Shown: positions 35,955-37,947 of the stretch, one piece after another
How positions within the stretch are numbered: the stretch's first letter is position 1
Layout: each line of letters opens with the position of its first letter
Assembly (NCBI GenBank): GCA_007131535.1
Contig: SLQI01000277.1
Coordinates: forward strand, 1-37,947
Length of the DNA: 37,947 nucleotides
From: Balneolales bacterium
Lineage (GTDB): Bacteria > Bacteroidota > Rhodothermia > Balneolales > Natronogracilivirgulaceae
Direction: 5' to 3'
Notes under the pieces: generated by a model
Told to the model about the DNA's origin: nothing
Seen by the model: the letters and a program-made list of their open reading frames with translations, nothing else
Database searches by the model: none
Position numbers and translations under genes: made by a program

Positions 35955-36231
35955 AAATGCAGTGAAAATTCAGGAGGACAATCATGAGGGTGTCAGGAAA
36001 TGGAAATAGGAGCCTTGAAAATTGCTCTGCCGACACATGTTTCTAAATTCGAAAAAGTAATAAAGCAGTTGTTAATCAGGTTATTGGAGAGCGGTCGGGA
36101 TCTATAAAGGGTGGGTTAAACCCGGTTGAATGCGAGTAAAAAGTTGTAGATTTTAAAGAGTGAAAAGTTTACGCTTTCTGGGTTACGGGTAACAGTTTTA
36201 ATCACTCTTATTTATTAAACCGACAAGTCTT

Positions 36232-37875
36232 ATGAAGAAACTCGGATACCGCTTTATAATACCGGCATTTTTGCTGGTATTTACATTCATGGCTGCATCA
36301 CTAAAGGCCCAGGACAGGCCGCCAACTACAGGACAGCTAAATGAAAATTTCGATTCGCCATTATTTCCGCCATTGGGATGGACCGCTTATGATCGAAATG
36401 AAGATGAGAACAACTGGTTTGAATTTAATGTAGGAGCCGAAGGCTCAGTAGAAGGAGAAAACGTAGCAGGGTCAAGGTCCTATGACCCCGATGAGGAAGA
36501 AAATCTTCAACCGGATAACTGGCTGGTTACCCCTCCCTTGTATGTAGACGACGGAAATATACTCAACTTTTGGTATGCTGCTCAGGACCCGAATTATGAC
36601 CGGGAGACGCTCACTATATATGTAAACCAGGGAAGTAATGATCCGGAAGACATCCTTGATGATGGCGACGAGGTGGTCACTTTGGTAACCGAATCTGATG
36701 AATGGCAGCAAGGGCAGGTGGAGTTGGATGATTACACGACGGGCGAAGAAATTTATATCGCATTTCGGCACCATGATACCGAAGGTCAATTTCTGCTTAA
36801 ACTGGACGCCATTACCGGCCCGCAGGTTATGAAGTTTATTGATCCGTTTGGTTTGTCTGAGCCTGAGACAGGAGGTGAAATCCTGGTGAATTCAGATGAT
36901 GACAGGACACTCTCTATGAATTTTGAGATGCCGGATAATAATCTGGATGACCCTGAATATATCTGGCTGCTGGACGAAGAGGGAGAAGACTTCAGCGAAC
37001 CGGTTTTTGAAGCCGTTTCCAGTGAAACACCTTTGGAAATCTCCTCATCAGCGCTTGATGATACGCTGGCTGCAAGAGGAGTTGAAGCAGGTGAATCTTT
37101 TGACGGACAGTGGACAGTACGGATGGTTGATGGAAATGAAGACCCCGATGATATCTATCGGTATGCCGAAGATCCGCATGATATATCTTTGATCCGGGCT
37201 GAAATTGAGCCGTTTGCTCTTAATGCGCCGGATGATAACACCGAATGGGTACTTGACGAGCAGGAAGAATTCAGCAGCAGTTGGTATCAAACCGAAATGA
37301 ATCCTCAGCATTCTCTTAAGTATTTCTGGCACCTGACGGATGAGGAAGGAGATTTTAACGACCCATTGATAACCGTTGAGGCCAATAACGATGCCGCTGA
37401 TACCACACTTACCATCAAAGATGAAGATTTGGATCAACAGCTTGCAGCCATCGGTGTTGATGAACATGAAACGTTTGAAGGGAGATGGACCGTAACCGCT
37501 GAACATGAAGAATCCGGTGTAAAGAAGTTTTCTGAAGACACACTGTCTATCACTATATCACGGGGTGAGGAGATCGTCAGTGTGGAACAGGAGCTGGTGG
37601 CAGAGCAGCCGGAAGGCATTATTCTCAAGCAAAATTTTCCGAACCCTTTTAACCCTTCAACCGAAATCCAATATCAGATTCCGGAACAGGCCCGGGTAAC
37701 TTTAACGGTTTATGATATTACGGGACGGCAAGTCGAGGTTTTAGTAGATGAAACCCAGTCGGCCGGCACCCATGCTGTTCGTTTTGACGCATCTGCGCTG
37801 TCCAGCGGTACATATATTTACCGTTTGCAAGCCGGAGAAGTGATGAGAACTCGCCAGATGATGTTTCTTAAATAA
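36232..37875 (+). CDS. T9SS cargo: choice-of-anchor-J/cleaved-adhesin-like N-domain, two modules of about 122 aa, and a T9SS C-terminal sorting domain
   Basis: 547 aa with a signal peptide ending in AASLKAQ. The N-domain has LNENFDSPLFPPLGWTAYDRNEDENNWF...PDNWLVTPP...IAFRHHD. An internal duplication spans 36838-37563. The CTD is LKQNFPNPFNPSTEIQYQIPEQARVTLTVYDITGRQV...SGTYIYRLQ...RQMMFLK. Confidence 0.8.
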   Translation: MKKLGYRFIIPAFLLVFTFMAASLKAQDRPPTTGQLNENFDSPLFPPLGWTAYDRNEDENNWFEFNVGAEGSVEGENVAGSRSYDPDEEENLQPDNWLVTPPLYVDDGNILNFWYAAQDPNYDRETLTIYVNQGSNDPEDILDDGDEVVTLVTESDEWQQGQVELDDYTTGEEIYIAFRHHDTEGQFLLKLDAITGPQVMKFIDPFGLSEPETGGEILVNSDDDRTLSMNFEMPDNNLDDPEYIWLLDEEGEDFSEPVFEAVSSETPLEISSSALDDTLAARGVEAGESFDGQWTVRMVDGNEDPDDIYRYAEDPHDISLIRAEIEPFALNAPDDNTEWVLDEQEEFSSSWYQTEMNPQHSLKYFWHLTDEEGDFNDPLITVEANNDAADTTLTIKDEDLDQQLAAIGVDEHETFEGRWTVTAEHEESGVKKFSEDTLSITISRGEEIVSVEQELVAEQPEGIILKQNFPNPFNPSTEIQYQIPEQARVTLTVYDITGRQVEVLVDETQSAGTHAVRFDASALSSGTYIYRLQAGEVMRTRQMMFLK

Positions 37876-37947
37876 TTCACATTGTTCCAAAGCTGACTTT
37901 TGGGCGAATCTGCTATTAAATAAAATAAAAAAGCCCCTTCCGTTTTG

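Noticed and set aside
1-37947. Looked for CRISPR arrays, tRNA/rRNA genes, IS elements, integrases, toxin-antitoxin pairs and defence genes
   Set aside because: I found no regularly spaced repeats, no tRNA-like T-arm sequences, no transposase or recombinase motifs and no nuclease, ATPase or methylase gene clusters. The window looks like core chromosome.

Overview
About 38 kb of ordinary chromosome. I found no rRNA, tRNA, CRISPR array, transposase, integrase or recognisable defence gene. The host carries both a type IX secretion system (T9SS) and SusC/SusD, so it belongs to the FCB group (Bacteroidota, Balneolota or Rhodothermota-like). Mid GC, the NFPNPFNP flavour of T9SS C-terminal sorting domain (CTD) and visibly D/E-rich secreted proteins hint at a halophilic Balneolales-like organism; this is inference only.

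Minus-strand block, 1-20825:
- A porU-porV operon continues into a 1044-aa CTD protein and a truncated HEXXH metallopeptidase-like gene that is missing from the ORF track.
- Thiolase.
- A Cys/Met PLP enzyme tightly coupled to a small lipoprotein.
- Two paralogous TPR lipoproteins.
- ridA lies on the plus strand between the TPR pair and the next group.
- An overlapping FAH, M23 peptidase and GWxTD gene string.
- rplU-rpmA.

Plus-strand block, 21213-37875:
- A yqjD/yqjE/yqjK-like trio of small membrane proteins.
- A TolC-family gene and a MacB/LolD-type ABC ATPase with no permease or adaptor nearby.
- Two tandem rhomboid proteases.
- ispG.
- A susC/susD/susE-like polysaccharide utilization locus (PUL) bracketed by two T9SS-CTD proteins and preceded by a perfect LacI/cre-type palindrome.

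I see no clear-cut novel system.

The most unusual items are:
- The porU-porV extension, which has an M6/InhA-like protein lacking its HEXXH plus a co-translated HEXXH protein.
- The enzyme-less PUL with T9SS cargo and a LacI-type operator.
- A terminator-like hairpin that abuts the ABC ATPase start codon.
- Several gene-free gaps of 0.5-0.7 kb.

All family calls come from motif recognition by eye. No database search was run.
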